A stretch of 64,000 bases of DNA from Planctomycetota bacterium (GTDB taxonomy: Bacteria; Planctomycetota; UBA11346): the NCBI GenBank assembly GCA_038231435.1, contig JBBRLJ010000019.1, forward strand, positions 1 to 64,000, given 5' to 3'. Shown one piece after another: positions 1 through 10,211 of the stretch. Each line of letters begins with the position of its first letter. The stretch's first letter is position 1. Both the position numbers and the translations under genes were made by a program. The notes beneath the pieces are model-generated. The model searched no databases and was not told the origin of the DNA. It saw only the letters and a list, made by a program, of their open reading frames with translations.

Positions 1-356
1 ATGAGGGCACGGCCTCGGAGAGCTGGGCTTGGTTTCGAGGCACACTCCGCGCGCGTGGACTGGGTCTCCATGGTGGGACCTCCTTGCGCGCGATTATATC
101 AGCTCGAGGTCAGCTTCTAGGCAGGCGCGTTTGACGCTCACGCGAAGTCGCAATGACGAGCCGGATCTATCCGTCGCCAGCGTCGCTTGGGGTGACCGTG
201 GGCGTCGAGGGTGGAGAGGCTGAGATCGTCCGCGCTCGTGCGTGGCCGATGGCGTCGTGCTGGAGCGCGGGCGCGCGCTGACCGGGAGTCGTCGTCACCG
301 GAAGCCGAGGCCATGTCGTGAAGGCTCAGCCGGCGCGGCCGCGAATGCCTCGGTCG

Positions 357-1019
357 TTAGTCGCTGGATTTCGGGTACACCCAGCGCGAGCTGTTGGTCG
401 GCGCGCTGTCGGCGGCGAGGTTCGTCCTCGGGATGCCGATCGACCAGAGATACGCGAACGGCTCGGTTCCCGGAGAGTTCCAGTCGAGCGGTGCGGGGGG
501 CGTCGCGACGGGTCCAGAACCGGTGGGCTTGTCGACGTTGCCGTCCATCAGCGCCGCGTCGAGTGTTCCGCTCGACAGGTAGGCACCGTCGAGCTTGTAG
601 AAATACGGTCGTTTCCAGGGATCCAGCAGCGCCAGGTAGGTCGGGCTGGCGGAATCCCGGTCGACGTGTTGAGTCGGCACCGCGTATCCGCCGACCTTCT
701 CGAGCAGCATCAGCACCGAATCGGCGGCGGCGGGATCGCGCTTGATGTACTCGCCGCTGGTAGGCGGACGGACCGATGGCGTCGGGAACAGGTGGCGTGC
801 GTCCTCTGAACGATAGCTCTCCATCGCCAGCGACAGCTCCATCACCATCCGCCGCGCGGTCGCCTTCTTGGCGCTGTTGCGCAGCATGGTGACCATCGGG
901 AAGATCAAGCTCAGCAAGATCGAGATGACGACGATGACGATCAGCAGCTCGAGCAGGGTGAACCCGCCGCGACCCCTGCAATCGCGCGGTAAGCCCCGCG
1001 GTGATGGCGATTGGCTCAT
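357..1019 (-). CDS. GspG-like prepilin/pseudopilin (type II secretion/type IV pilin N-methylation protein)
   Basis: Start re-set to MSQSPSPRG (ATG at 1019). Class III signal RGG|FTLLELLIVIVVISILL; GspG-type C-terminal motifs LDPWKRPYFY and AYLWSIG. Confidence 0.85.
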   Translation of the reverse strand: MSQSPSPRGLPRDCRGRGGFTLLELLIVIVVISILLSLIFPMVTMLRNSAKKATARRMVMELSLAMESYRSEDARHLFPTPSVRPPTSGEYIKRDPAAADSVLMLLEKVGGYAVPTQHVDRDSASPTYLALLDPWKRPYFYKLDGAYLSSGTLDAALMDGNVDKPTGSGPVATPPAPLDWNSPGTEPFAYLWSIGIPRTNLAADSAPTNSSRWVYPKSSD

Positions 1020-1280
1020 GGCGTCGGCGCCAGCGCGGGCATCGCGAAAGTGAATGAGAGCATCTGCGACATGCCGATGCCTGGATCGGTCAGGATGAAG
1101 CGCAAGCGGATGAACTTCGGACGCTTCGCCGGATCGCTGATGGTGATGGTGAAGTCCTGCCCGGCGCTCGGATTCTCCGCCAGCCGTCCGTCGAGCCGCA
1201 CGCCAGCCATGCAGGACCTTGGTCTGTTTCGGGGTCATGGCCTGGCTGCCTTGCACGACGATGGTGATGGCGGCCGTCAT
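1016..1280 (-). pseudogene. Frameshifted C-terminal remnant of a PilW/GspJ-like gene, paralogous to 8063..9118
   Basis: Two frames join: TIVVQGSQAMTPKQTKV / AGVRLDGRL...SDPAKRPKFIRLRFILTD...SQMLSFTFAMPALAP. This aligns with the end of 8063..9118: TVLVQGSRSTTPNQTKIYPGVWLDGRL...SDAAKRPKLLRFCFTLTD...SQSFSFSFLLPGLAP. Frame change near 1210; no N-terminal pilin part. Confidence 0.75.
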
Positions 1281-1293
1281 GAGCGTTCCGGCC

Positions 1294-4200
1294 TCAATAC
1301 TTCCGTGACAGGTGGCCGCGATACTTGTCGTAGTACCAGCGCTGGTGCATCACGTGGGTCGAGTACTGGCCGCCGCCCGGGTTCCGGTTCGCCGCCGAGG
1401 AGTCGAACTCGTTGGCCTTATCGACCGGATCGACGCACAGCACGGTGTCGATGACGGTGTCGCTGACCGTGGTCTGCAGCAGGTTGTCCCAGAGCTCGCC
1501 GCGCGCGATGACCTCCCAGAAGCGTGACTTGCCGATGACGAAGGCTCCGCTGATGGAGAAGTACTTCCCGGCGGGGACCGCGGTGCCTACGGCAGCGTGC
1601 TGGTCGATGTGCAGGGCGGTGTCGGTGCGTGAGCTGCCATCGGGATTGACCACGGGCGTGGACGCATCGATCTTGGTGCCGCTCGAAGGATAGACCGAAC
1701 AATTGACTTGGCCATCGCCGTTGAGGTCGAGCGGAATGAAGTCGGGATAGCCTGGGCTGGAGCCGAAGAAACTCACCCGCATGTCATTGACCAGGCGCTC
1801 GATGAGGGCGGTTCGCTCGAGACAGCTGTAGCTCGGCTTGGTCGCGTCATAGCCGGGGTTGAGTGCGTCGTTGGCATTCTCTGCGAACCATGGGCACAGG
1901 GTCTTGTCGCTCAACATGGCGATGTTCCACGCCGGCGTGAACGACTGGATTGCCCACTTGTTGCGGACGCCATCGGAGGCGGTCGTCGCTACGTAGGCCG
2001 TGAACGGGATCTTGCTTCCTGGCGAGGTCGGATTGGTGCCGAGATTCTGCAGGAACAGGTAATCGAGGTCCTTGAGTGCATGCAGACTGCCACTGCCATC
2101 CGGGACTCCGACTCGGTTGGCGTAGGGCACGTTGCTGCCATCGATGACCTTGAGCGGGGTCGAGGTCGGATTGTCGTATTGGATCCACTGAGCCCGAGCG
2201 ACCATGATGGCGTCGCCCATCGCCTGACCGAGCGCATCCCAGATGCTGTAGGGGTGCGTGCGGTACTCGATGTGGTGCATCTTCATGCGCCAGGCCTTGT
2301 TGCCCCAAGGCGCCATCGGAGCGTAGCAGAGGACGCCGTTGGACCCCGCGCCCACCGACTTCATGCCATCCTCGCTGATCCCCCACTGGTCGTCGGCGGC
2401 GCCGAAGAAGCCGTCCCATATCTGGGGATTCTGCCAGAGTCCGATGCGGGCGTTGTTGTTCACCTGCTGCGAGCCCATGTCGGGGTCGAATGAGCCGTTG
2501 CGCATGCCGCGGTCGGTCGCGCCGTTCATATACTCCACCTTCGCGGGGGTCGGTCCCCAATCGGCGCCGCCGAACTGACGCAGGGCTCCCGTGGCGAAGC
2601 CGGAGTCGGTGGCGCGGAGGTACATTCCCAACCGGTCGAAGTTCGGCAGCTCACTGTAGTCCGGCGGCTTCTGCTTCGAGCGGTCGTAGCCGCAGAAGCA
2701 CATCGGCCCGGGGTAGCGCGCTCCAGGCGAACGATAGCCCGCGTCGCCATACTTCGATTCATCAATGCTGGGCGTGGCGGAATTGTCGGGCAAACCGGTC
2801 AAGGATTCGTTCAACACGGTAGTCGGGTCATCAGGGTAGGGCGAATGGATGGAGGGTAGGTGGTAGTCTGGTTTGATGTTCGGTACGACCGTGGTGCGCG
2901 TCGGTGGATCATACCGAGAGAAGGAAGAGCTGAAGGTGTTCACGAATAGATCGCGTTGGTGCATGATATAGCACCAGAACGGCGAGGCCTTCTCGCCGCC
3001 CGCCTCATCGGGCGTGCCGTCCAATGGCGCTCCGGCGATGTAGATGTCCTTGCCCCAGCTGCAGTAGGTGCGCGGATCGCAGCCCGGCAGCTCGCCCGGC
3101 GTCCCGCGCCAGAACTTGTTGTTGGCGTAGGCGTCGGTGCCGGAGATTGGCACGGGACCCGGATTATAGCAGCGCATATCGGGGTGGAACACAGCGATCG
3201 CGCCCGGAGGCATGTAGGCGGCGATCATCGCCCAGACCACGCGCGTGGGAGCGGTCATGACGTTGACGCAGAACGGGGTGTCGGACTGGCCCTTGAAGCG
3301 GTTGACTGCGCTATCGGTGGTGAGACCGCGGCCGAACGGCGTCCATGCGGTGCCCGTGTAGATGTCGCCGCCGTGGTTGTTGGCGCCATCGCCTCCACCT
3401 CCCTGAACGCCGATCTCCCAGTTCTTGAACGAGAACTGCGGGCCGATGAGCGAGCGGCGGAAGGTGTCGGGTGCCCACCAGATGGCCGGATTCGCCGTGC
3501 CCCTAGGAGGAAGGATCTCGTTACCGTTGGGGTCGCCCGTGACGAGCGGCGTGCCTGCTGTGCTGCGGTAGAAATCGAGCGCCATCGGATGGTAGCCGAG
3601 GTCGGGCGGCCACCAGCCGCGGTAGCTGTCGGCGTACTGGATGAACAGATCCGGTGCGCGGTACATGAGCGGATAGGTCACCGGCACGTTGGCGCGGGCA
3701 GGGTCGAAGTCGACGTTGTCGGCGATGCCGCGACCGAGCCACAGGTGCTCCATGCGCGTGACGCTGGCGAAGCCCCCATAGATCGATGCGAAATCGGAAT
3801 GCGGCAGGCGCAAGTTGGCGAAAGTGTCCTTGTAGCGGACGGTGCGCGCGGTGACCGGATCGGGAGTGCCGAGGCCCTGGTAATAATCGGCATCGGGCCG
3901 GCCCGTGATCTTGCGGTAGCGATCGGTTCGGTAGCCATCACTGCCAGGTGTCGGATCGGCATTGACCAGGATGGCCCCGTCCAGGTCGACGACGCCGACG
4001 ACGTAGCGCAGGCGATAGCGCGCGAGAGCGCGGTCGGAGCGCAGGTCGCCGGTATTGAGCCGGTGCCAGTGCTCGTCGTAGAACACAGCGGTCGAGCGGT
4101 CGGGCAGGTTGTAGGTCGTGGTGAGGTCGCCGAAGGTGACCTGGGTGCGCGCCGGCGCGCCGGCGAGCACCTTGGTCGGAAGCGCGGCTCCGGCCCCCAG

Positions 4201-4743
4201 CGCCTGCGTGCCGTCGGCGATCGCAGAATTGTACCAGTTCGGCTCGTACCAGCGCCCGCGCCCGTCGTAGGTGCTGTCCCCACTCGCGAAGATGCCGTCG
4301 GATGGCGAGCGATACCAGTAGGTGTTCTTGGCCGCAGCCGCCGGGCGCTCGCCCGGACTGTCGTTCAGGCCGATGTCCATCGCCGCGATCTCGTAGTCAT
4401 TGTCGCGGTAGTAGGACAGCGGCTTGCCCGGGTCCCATGAAGCCGGTCCGGCGACATTGGCGGAGAGGAAGGGCGCGCGCGATTGCCCGTCCATGCGCGT
4501 GAAGAAGCTCGTCTCCTTGGTGGCGTCGGGAATGGTCACGTATTCGCGCATGATCTGCTCGAACGCGTGCTGCGTCCCGGCCAGCGCGGCCTCGCGCGAG
4601 AGCAACTGGCGGGTCATGCTGTCGCTGGACTCGTTATGCATCTGCGCCACGCGCAGGAAGGCATACGCAACGACCGTCAGGGTGATGACGATCGCCATGC
4701 AGAGGATGAGGACCGAACCGTTTCGGGGAGTGGCATGATACAT
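1294..4743 (-). CDS. Large PilX/GspK-like minor pseudopilin (~1150 aa)
   Basis: Start MYHATPRNG|SVLILCMAIVITL (GAGG RBS; alternative start 4788 overlaps the upstream stop). Hydrophobic helix lacks Glu+5, typical of GspK/PilX. AALAG helix motif and C-terminal KSRFWEVIARGEL strand. The N-terminal 255 aa of the track ORF are shadow. Confidence 0.75.
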   Translation of the reverse strand: MYHATPRNGSVLILCMAIVITLTVVAYAFLRVAQMHNESSDSMTRQLLSREAALAGTQHAFEQIMREYVTIPDATKETSFFTRMDGQSRAPFLSANVAGPASWDPGKPLSYYRDNDYEIAAMDIGLNDSPGERPAAAAKNTYWYRSPSDGIFASGDSTYDGRGRWYEPNWYNSAIADGTQALGAGAALPTKVLAGAPARTQVTFGDLTTTYNLPDRSTAVFYDEHWHRLNTGDLRSDRALARYRLRYVVGVVDLDGAILVNADPTPGSDGYRTDRYRKITGRPDADYYQGLGTPDPVTARTVRYKDTFANLRLPHSDFASIYGGFASVTRMEHLWLGRGIADNVDFDPARANVPVTYPLMYRAPDLFIQYADSYRGWWPPDLGYHPMALDFYRSTAGTPLVTGDPNGNEILPPRGTANPAIWWAPDTFRRSLIGPQFSFKNWEIGVQGGGGDGANNHGGDIYTGTAWTPFGRGLTTDSAVNRFKGQSDTPFCVNVMTAPTRVVWAMIAAYMPPGAIAVFHPDMRCYNPGPVPISGTDAYANNKFWRGTPGELPGCDPRTYCSWGKDIYIAGAPLDGTPDEAGGEKASPFWCYIMHQRDLFVNTFSSSFSRYDPPTRTTVVPNIKPDYHLPSIHSPYPDDPTTVLNESLTGLPDNSATPSIDESKYGDAGYRSPGARYPGPMCFCGYDRSKQKPPDYSELPNFDRLGMYLRATDSGFATGALRQFGGADWGPTPAKVEYMNGATDRGMRNGSFDPDMGSQQVNNNARIGLWQNPQIWDGFFGAADDQWGISEDGMKSVGAGSNGVLCYAPMAPWGNKAWRMKMHHIEYRTHPYSIWDALGQAMGDAIMVARAQWIQYDNPTSTPLKVIDGSNVPYANRVGVPDGSGSLHALKDLDYLFLQNLGTNPTSPGSKIPFTAYVATTASDGVRNKWAIQSFTPAWNIAMLSDKTLCPWFAENANDALNPGYDATKPSYSCLERTALIERLVNDMRVSFFGSSPGYPDFIPLDLNGDGQVNCSVYPSSGTKIDASTPVVNPDGSSRTDTALHIDQHAAVGTAVPAGKYFSISGAFVIGKSRFWEVIARGELWDNLLQTTVSDTVIDTVLCVDPVDKANEFDSSAANRNPGGGQYSTHVMHQRWYYDKYRGHLSRKY

Positions 4744-4784
4744 GGCTGTTTCCTCGAAACGTTGGGATGAGACCGCCGCGCCGC

Positions 4785-6149
4785 TCATGGCGCGACCATC
4801 CACCAGTTGCCGCTTGCGAGCACGGTCGGGGTCAGCCAGTCGCTCACCGGCATGCCACGCTTGAGACCGTTGGCGTTGGTCAGCCAGCAATGCTGGTACG
4901 AGGTCTGCACCGTCCCGACATTCTGCCAACCGGTGCCCGACACGGTCACATCCCAGGTCGGGGCGGTGAGCGGATACGGCCGCACCTTCACCACCTTGAC
5001 GTTGCCGTAGCGGTTGATCATCACGCGGTAGGCGGGCATGATCGATTGGAACGCGTCCTGGGCGTTGTCGAACTGGTCGGAATCCTTGGCGACGTCCGGA
5101 GCTAGGGTGATGCACCAGTTCCCAGTGTGCGCGAAGTAGCTGGTGATGGGGGCGGTGGGGCTGCCGTTGCCCCCGGCGCCCATATGCATCTCGGGAAACC
5201 AGACCGTCTCGTTGCCGTTGGAGAAGGCGCTCGCGGCACCGTTCATGCAGGACATGTCGTAGGCGTTCGGGGCAGGAGTCACATTCCACGGATTGGAGTT
5301 TATCCGCCCCTGCATGATCGGGTCCTCGACCACGCTGCCGTCGGGCAGGAAGGCGATCTGGTAATCCTCCCATCCGGCGTTGATCAGCGGGCGGCCCTTG
5401 CCGGCGGCAAGGATGGTGATGCTGTTCGGGGTCGATAGGCGATCGACGGGATTGGTGCAGCCCACGATCGGGGATGCGTTGCTGCCTTGGTAGTAGAATC
5501 CGGTGCACGAGCGGGATGCGTCAGCCGGCCAGGGCTGGTTGTAGGTGATTGCCGGGTCGTAACCGCCCCATGGGCACAGGCGCTTCTGCGTGCTGTCGTA
5601 GATGCCGAACCACGGACGGGGATAGGTGAGTGGGAACACGTAGCCATACGCGGGGAACACGTTCGCGCCGTTGTCCTGGTCACCGAGCGCGAGGAACCGC
5701 ACCTTGCGCTGCGGTAGCACGTGCCGATCGCCAACCCAGCAAGTCTTGATATCGGTGACGAACTTGCCGAAGGTGCTGGGGTCGTTGGGATCGCCACCGA
5801 AGTTCGGGAGTGGATAGACCGAGAACGAGTCCCACCACGCGCAGCTGCTCTCATTCGGTCCGAGGATCCGGTACCAGTGGCCGCCCGTCCAGTTGTTGAG
5901 CACCTTCCCGCTCGTGCCAATGCCGTTCTGGATGTTGAAGGACACCGCGTATATGGCGTGCCGGTCCATGGCCATGCTGCGCGCCAGACGCAGCGTCGAG
6001 GCCAGTTCCTCGGCGGCGGCCGAGACATCGGCGTCGCGCTTCGCCTGGCTGGGCAGGAATGCGATCATTGAGGCGGCGAGGGCGATGATCCCAACGACGA
6101 TGACCAATTCGACGAGGGTAAAGCCGGAAGCTCTGCGCCTGGGATTCAT
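4785..6149 (-). CDS. GspH/FimT-like prepilin with extended C-terminal domain
   Basis: RRASG|FTLVELVIVVGIIAL; AAEELASTLRLARSMAM...YAVSF and IAFLPDGS are GspH/FimT-type motifs. Confidence 0.82.
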   Translation of the reverse strand: MNPRRRASGFTLVELVIVVGIIALAASMIAFLPSQAKRDADVSAAAEELASTLRLARSMAMDRHAIYAVSFNIQNGIGTSGKVLNNWTGGHWYRILGPNESSCAWWDSFSVYPLPNFGGDPNDPSTFGKFVTDIKTCWVGDRHVLPQRKVRFLALGDQDNGANVFPAYGYVFPLTYPRPWFGIYDSTQKRLCPWGGYDPAITYNQPWPADASRSCTGFYYQGSNASPIVGCTNPVDRLSTPNSITILAAGKGRPLINAGWEDYQIAFLPDGSVVEDPIMQGRINSNPWNVTPAPNAYDMSCMNGAASAFSNGNETVWFPEMHMGAGGNGSPTAPITSYFAHTGNWCITLAPDVAKDSDQFDNAQDAFQSIMPAYRVMINRYGNVKVVKVRPYPLTAPTWDVTVSGTGWQNVGTVQTSYQHCWLTNANGLKRGMPVSDWLTPTVLASGNWWMVAP

Positions 6150-7306
6150 TCATTCCTCAGCAGAGAATTGTAATTCATCACCGCGATGTTGTCAGTGTTC
6201 ACGCGGTTGTTGCGCATGTAGCTGAACGAACGGTCGGGGCCCGCGCTCCAGAGTTCGAATTCGGTTTCGAAGCCGGGCGTTGCGTAGTAGCGCACGTCGG
6301 AGTCCAAGAGGTCGCTCGGCGTTGGAAAATAGGTGGCGTCCATCGGCGTGGCCTGGCCGTCGCCGGCGTCGGTGCGGCTCAGGCCCACCCTCCCGCCGTA
6401 GAGCAGCTGGCTCCGGTTCGCGGAGATCAGTGAGGCAGCGGGGCCGGTGGTGGTGTCGAAGCCGATCGGCCCCAGGCCCAGGCACTTGCCCTGCGGCTGC
6501 GAGAGCCAGCCCTCGTTCCAGTTCCTCAGGCTGATGTAGGTGCCGCGCTCGCCAGGGATGGCTTGGCAGATGTAGATGAGCGGAGTTTTCCAGGCGTCAA
6601 GGATGGCGTCGCCCCGTATGTACTTGCGGTCGATCTCGCCCTTGAGGTAGTTGACTGCCCAGCCGGGCTTGGCGGCGCTCGCCGGTGTGGGCAGGATCCT
6701 GGTTGCGCGCTTGTCGATCACTGGCACCAAGGTCACGAGGTCGCAGATGTAAGGCCCGCGGGTGTCGATGTCGCCCGCGAGCACCGCGAGGCGCTGCTGT
6801 TCCATCGCCATGCGGTTGGCGAGCAGGGGCCACGAGATGGTTCCGGCGGCGCTACCGTTGTACTTGATGTCCACCTGCCGATACAGAACCAGCGGCGCCG
6901 GCTGGGTGCCGGACTCGTTGCCCCACACGTCCATGGCATAATTGAACTTCGCTCGCACCGCGTTGATGTCGGTCTTGACGTTGTCGCGATCCGAAGGCGA
7001 GCCGGTGATCGAGATGTCGGTGCCAATCTGGTAGTTGAGCCTGTTCGGATAGGTCTTCGCGTCTACCGGATCTGGATACGTGGATTGGTAGGGATAGACC
7101 CCGTACTCGTCCTTGAACAAGCGCAGGCAGGTATCGACCTTCTTGAGGATGAACTGCGTGCGTGAACGCATGGTTTGCCGTTGGATCATGTTCAGCATCG
7201 GCATCAACATCCCCGCCAGGAAGATCATGATGATGACGACGATCATCAACTCGAGGAGAGTGAAGGCGCAGCGAGGCGCGGTCATGGTTCTGGCGAGGTT
7301 GCGCAT
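6146..7306 (-). CDS. GspG-like prepilin/pseudopilin
   Basis: RCA|FTLLELMIVVIIMIFLAG, FKDEYGVYP, LDAWKTPLIY and FELWSAGPD. Start at 7306 or 7285. Confidence 0.82.
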   Translation of the reverse strand: MRNLARTMTAPRCAFTLLELMIVVIIMIFLAGMLMPMLNMIQRQTMRSRTQFILKKVDTCLRLFKDEYGVYPYQSTYPDPVDAKTYPNRLNYQIGTDISITGSPSDRDNVKTDINAVRAKFNYAMDVWGNESGTQPAPLVLYRQVDIKYNGSAAGTISWPLLANRMAMEQQRLAVLAGDIDTRGPYICDLVTLVPVIDKRATRILPTPASAAKPGWAVNYLKGEIDRKYIRGDAILDAWKTPLIYICQAIPGERGTYISLRNWNEGWLSQPQGKCLGLGPIGFDTTTGPAASLISANRSQLLYGGRVGLSRTDAGDGQATPMDATYFPTPSDLLDSDVRYYATPGFETEFELWSAGPDRSFSYMRNNRVNTDNIAVMNYNSLLRNE

Positions 7307-7364
7307 GGATTCGAGTGTACCCTGTCCAGGTATGGGACGCTGCCCATGGGAGGATTCCGGACAA

Positions 7365-7535
7365 TATATATCAGAGGTGATCTCTAATGGCAGATTTGTC
7401 ATCGGAAGCTCTCTCTTTCAGCGAAAAAGATCGGTTGTCCAGTTGTATAGCCGCTCAGCGTCTTATAAAGGACATGATGCGAGTGTATATCAGATATAAA
7501 ATTCGTATATCAGATTATGATTCATCTGATGCACT
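7365..7535. promoter_or_regulatory. AT-rich divergent promoter region with operator-like sites
   Basis: TATATATCA-GAGG-TGATCTCTA (7365-7386); GTATATCAGAT directly repeated at 7485 and 7505. Same core motif as at 9383, 18092, 21707 and 25806. Confidence 0.65.
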
Positions 7536-7586
7536 GCTGGCCAGGCTATCCAAGACCCCGACACTGACGCGTTGAAAGATCACGAC

Positions 7587-8066
7587 ATGACCAACTCTTC
7601 CACCAGCTCAGGCGCAGGCATCCGCTGCGGCTTCACGTTCATCGAAGTCATCTGCATTCTGCTCGTGGTCACCTTCGGCCTCATCGGTGTGATCGGGCTG
7701 GTATCGCACGGCCTGATCGTGGCGCAGAAGTCCCAAGGGACTTGCACCGGCATGCTGACGGCGGTCACCGTCGCCGACGATGCCAAGCCGCTGCTTCCGC
7801 CCGACATGCAGACGAGCTGGAACTATGTGACCTATGATCTCAATAGTGCGGGCGCGGTCACCAACACCATCGTCGGCTTCATCAATGGCTACTACGTGAA
7901 GCGCGTCGAGACCACCGGGCCGAGCGACATCATCGCCACCGACAAGGACACTGGAGTAGTCCAGACGCGCTCGGTGGCGGTCGCGGTCGACGTTTACGAC
8001 ACGCTCGGCGGCTTGCTCGTCGCTTCCTACTCGACGCGGTTCATCCGGCAACGAGGCCTGCCATGA
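7587..8066 (+). CDS. PilV/GspI-like small pseudopilin
   Basis: RCG|FTFIEVICILLVVTFGLIGV, ~160 aa; stop overlaps the next start (ATGA). Confidence 0.8.
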   Translation: MTNSSTSSGAGIRCGFTFIEVICILLVVTFGLIGVIGLVSHGLIVAQKSQGTCTGMLTAVTVADDAKPLLPPDMQTSWNYVTYDLNSAGAVTNTIVGFINGYYVKRVETTGPSDIIATDKDTGVVQTRSVAVAVDVYDTLGGLLVASYSTRFIRQRGLP

Positions 8067-9118
8067 GCGCACCCACTGGCGAGCGCGGCGTCACGCTGCT
8101 CGAGTTGATGGTCAGCATCACGCTCGCCCTGGCGCTGACGACCATGGCCATGGTCGCGTTCTTCAGCATCCGCAAGCTCGTATCCCGCGCCGAGTCGAAG
8201 CTCGCCATGCACGCCTCGACCCAAACCATCTACCACGCGCTGCACAAGACGATGGCTGGCCTCCAGCAGACCTGCGCATTCGTCGTCTACAGCAAGGCGA
8301 ATACCGAAGTCGATACCAGCAAGCCGCCCAACGACGAGATTTCGATCGTGTTCATGCGCGGCAAGGAAGACACCCAGGACTTCCAGTACTTCACCGAGTC
8401 CTACGCCGGCCAGAGCTACAAGGCGACGATGAACTCGGACCTGTTGTGGGAGAGCTGGACCTGGAAGGACGAGACCTACACCAAGTCCGATGGGACGGTC
8501 GTTTCCGGCGGAACGCTCTACTCGGCGACGAACTCGCCGGTGCGGCAGTTCAGCCTGCCCTGGGGCACGAGCATCTCGGGACAGGCCTACAATGGCCAGA
8601 AGTTCGATCTCTTGCCGCAGCCCCGGCGCACTCTCGACACCACCGACATGACGAGCTGGCAGAAGACGCTCAACGACAACCAGTACTTCCCGGATATGAC
8701 CGCAGGCTCGAAAGACCTCTTCGATCCCACGCTGGCGACGGTCTACAATCGCAAATCGCTCTACAGCGCGAGCGATATCGGAGATTGGGAGGAGCTGGTC
8801 TACAAGCGCTCGCCCGCGCTCACGCAGGTGAGCGCCTTCTCGATGCAGGTGATCCCGCACGACGGGTCGGCCGCGGGCACCGTGCTGGTCCAGGGCAGCC
8901 GCAGCACCACGCCCAATCAGACCAAGATCTACCCCGGCGTCTGGCTCGATGGTCGGCTCGCAGCGACCCTGTCGAGCGCTCAGACCTTCTCCAGCAGCGA
9001 TGCCGCGAAGCGCCCGAAGCTCCTCCGCTTCTGCTTCACACTCACCGATACGAGCCTGAAGTTCTCGCAGAGTTTCTCGTTCTCGTTCCTGCTGCCTGGA
9101 TTGGCGCCTCCGCTCTAG
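8063..9118 (+). CDS. PilW/GspJ-like pseudopilin
   Basis: ERG|VTLLELMVSITLALALTT class III signal; 351 aa; follows the PilV-like gene. Confidence 0.8.
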   Translation: MSAPTGERGVTLLELMVSITLALALTTMAMVAFFSIRKLVSRAESKLAMHASTQTIYHALHKTMAGLQQTCAFVVYSKANTEVDTSKPPNDEISIVFMRGKEDTQDFQYFTESYAGQSYKATMNSDLLWESWTWKDETYTKSDGTVVSGGTLYSATNSPVRQFSLPWGTSISGQAYNGQKFDLLPQPRRTLDTTDMTSWQKTLNDNQYFPDMTAGSKDLFDPTLATVYNRKSLYSASDIGDWEELVYKRSPALTQVSAFSMQVIPHDGSAAGTVLVQGSRSTTPNQTKIYPGVWLDGRLAATLSSAQTFSSSDAAKRPKLLRFCFTLTDTSLKFSQSFSFSFLLPGLAPPL

Positions 9119-9370
9119 GCTGACGCAGACAGGCCGACGCAGACGGCTCAGAGCTCTCGGCCGATAATCCCAGCGTCGCGGGCGGCAGGTAGAGACCAAG
9201 CATCCGCATCGCCCGCATCGCGCCGCCGACCACGCGCCGCGAACCATCGGCGAGGCCCGACACGCAACGCATTGGTCCATGGGAGCTAAGCAACCACACG
9301 AGACGTGCGGTGAGGGCTTCGATCGTCCCACGCGTGATCTTGCCTCACGGGAGTTGACCCTTCCGATCCC

Positions 9371-9404
9371 TGATATACAACATATGCATCATAACTGATA
9401 CACT
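9371..9404. promoter_or_regulatory. Putative operator (shared palindrome)
   Basis: TGATATACA half-site (9371-9379) plus TATGCATCA-TAAC-TGATACACT (9383-9404), immediately upstream of the 9423 start. Confidence 0.65.
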
Positions 9405-9422
9405 TTAACCAATGGAGTCCTC

Positions 9423-10043
9423 ATGGCAGTGCCGCGCGGATGGATGTCGATCGTAGCCCCAGCCCTGGCGATGTGCCTCTCCTCCAGCGCGTTCGCTGCG
9501 CAGGGAGACGGCCAGAAGGTCCTGGATACCTTCGAAAAGGAGCCCGACGGCTGGAAGTTCGTCGGCGGCGAGGAGTTTCCCGGGGCGGTCGGCTGCTTCC
9601 TCCGCGACACCAAGGTCGCGCACGACAGCAAGGTGTCCTACCGCATCGACGCTGACTTCACCAAGGGCGGCGCCTACGTGGGTTCGTTCAAGGACATGAC
9701 CTCGCTGAGTCCCGACATCAAGGAGCTCCACCTGTGGGTGAAGAGCGAGAATGTCGGCTCGGTCGGCGTGCGCCTCATCGACAGCAGCGGGCAATGCCAT
9801 CAGCTCAACGGCGGCCTGCAGATCAATCCGAAGAAGGACTGGCAGGAGATCGTCCTACGCGTGTCCGAGATCATCGGCGGCGAGCATTGGGGCGGCTCGA
9901 ACGACGGCCAGTGGCACGGCCCGGCGCACGGCTTCGGTCTGAACATCGGCAAGAACGCCCTGGTCAAGGACAGCCCCGCGAAAGGCTCCTTGTGGATCGA
10001 CGACATCACCTACGTGGTCGCAGACAAGAAGCCCAAGAAGTGA
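9423..10043 (+). CDS. Secreted carbohydrate-binding-module-like protein (CBM11/galactose-binding-like fold)
   Basis: Signal peptide ending SAFA|A. D-x-FE start, LHLWVKS, VRLIDSSG, WQEIVL and terminal GSLWIDDI are typical of CBM jelly-rolls. GGAG RBS. Confidence 0.65.
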   Translation: MAVPRGWMSIVAPALAMCLSSSAFAAQGDGQKVLDTFEKEPDGWKFVGGEEFPGAVGCFLRDTKVAHDSKVSYRIDADFTKGGAYVGSFKDMTSLSPDIKELHLWVKSENVGSVGVRLIDSSGQCHQLNGGLQINPKKDWQEIVLRVSEIIGGEHWGGSNDGQWHGPAHGFGLNIGKNALVKDSPAKGSLWIDDITYVVADKKPKK

Positions 10044-10211
10044 TGACGTGGCGTGAGCTGGTGATGACCGAGCCGGCCCACCACACGATCCGCATTTCGA
10101 GCACCCCCTCCGATTCCCCTCCAGTGTCGCTCATCGATCGCCATGCCATCGGTTCCATGACGGGCACATGGATGCGTTTAACGAACGGTTCCACCATCCG
10201 CTCCATGCCCT

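Noticed and set aside
1..356. Short ORFs at the left edge
   Set aside because: No motifs or convincing codon pattern; context is cut by the window.
4744..5508. N-terminal 255 aa of the 1404-aa track ORF
   Set aside because: Overlaps the GspH-like gene in another frame and is Arg-rich shadow; the pilin-type signal begins at 4743.
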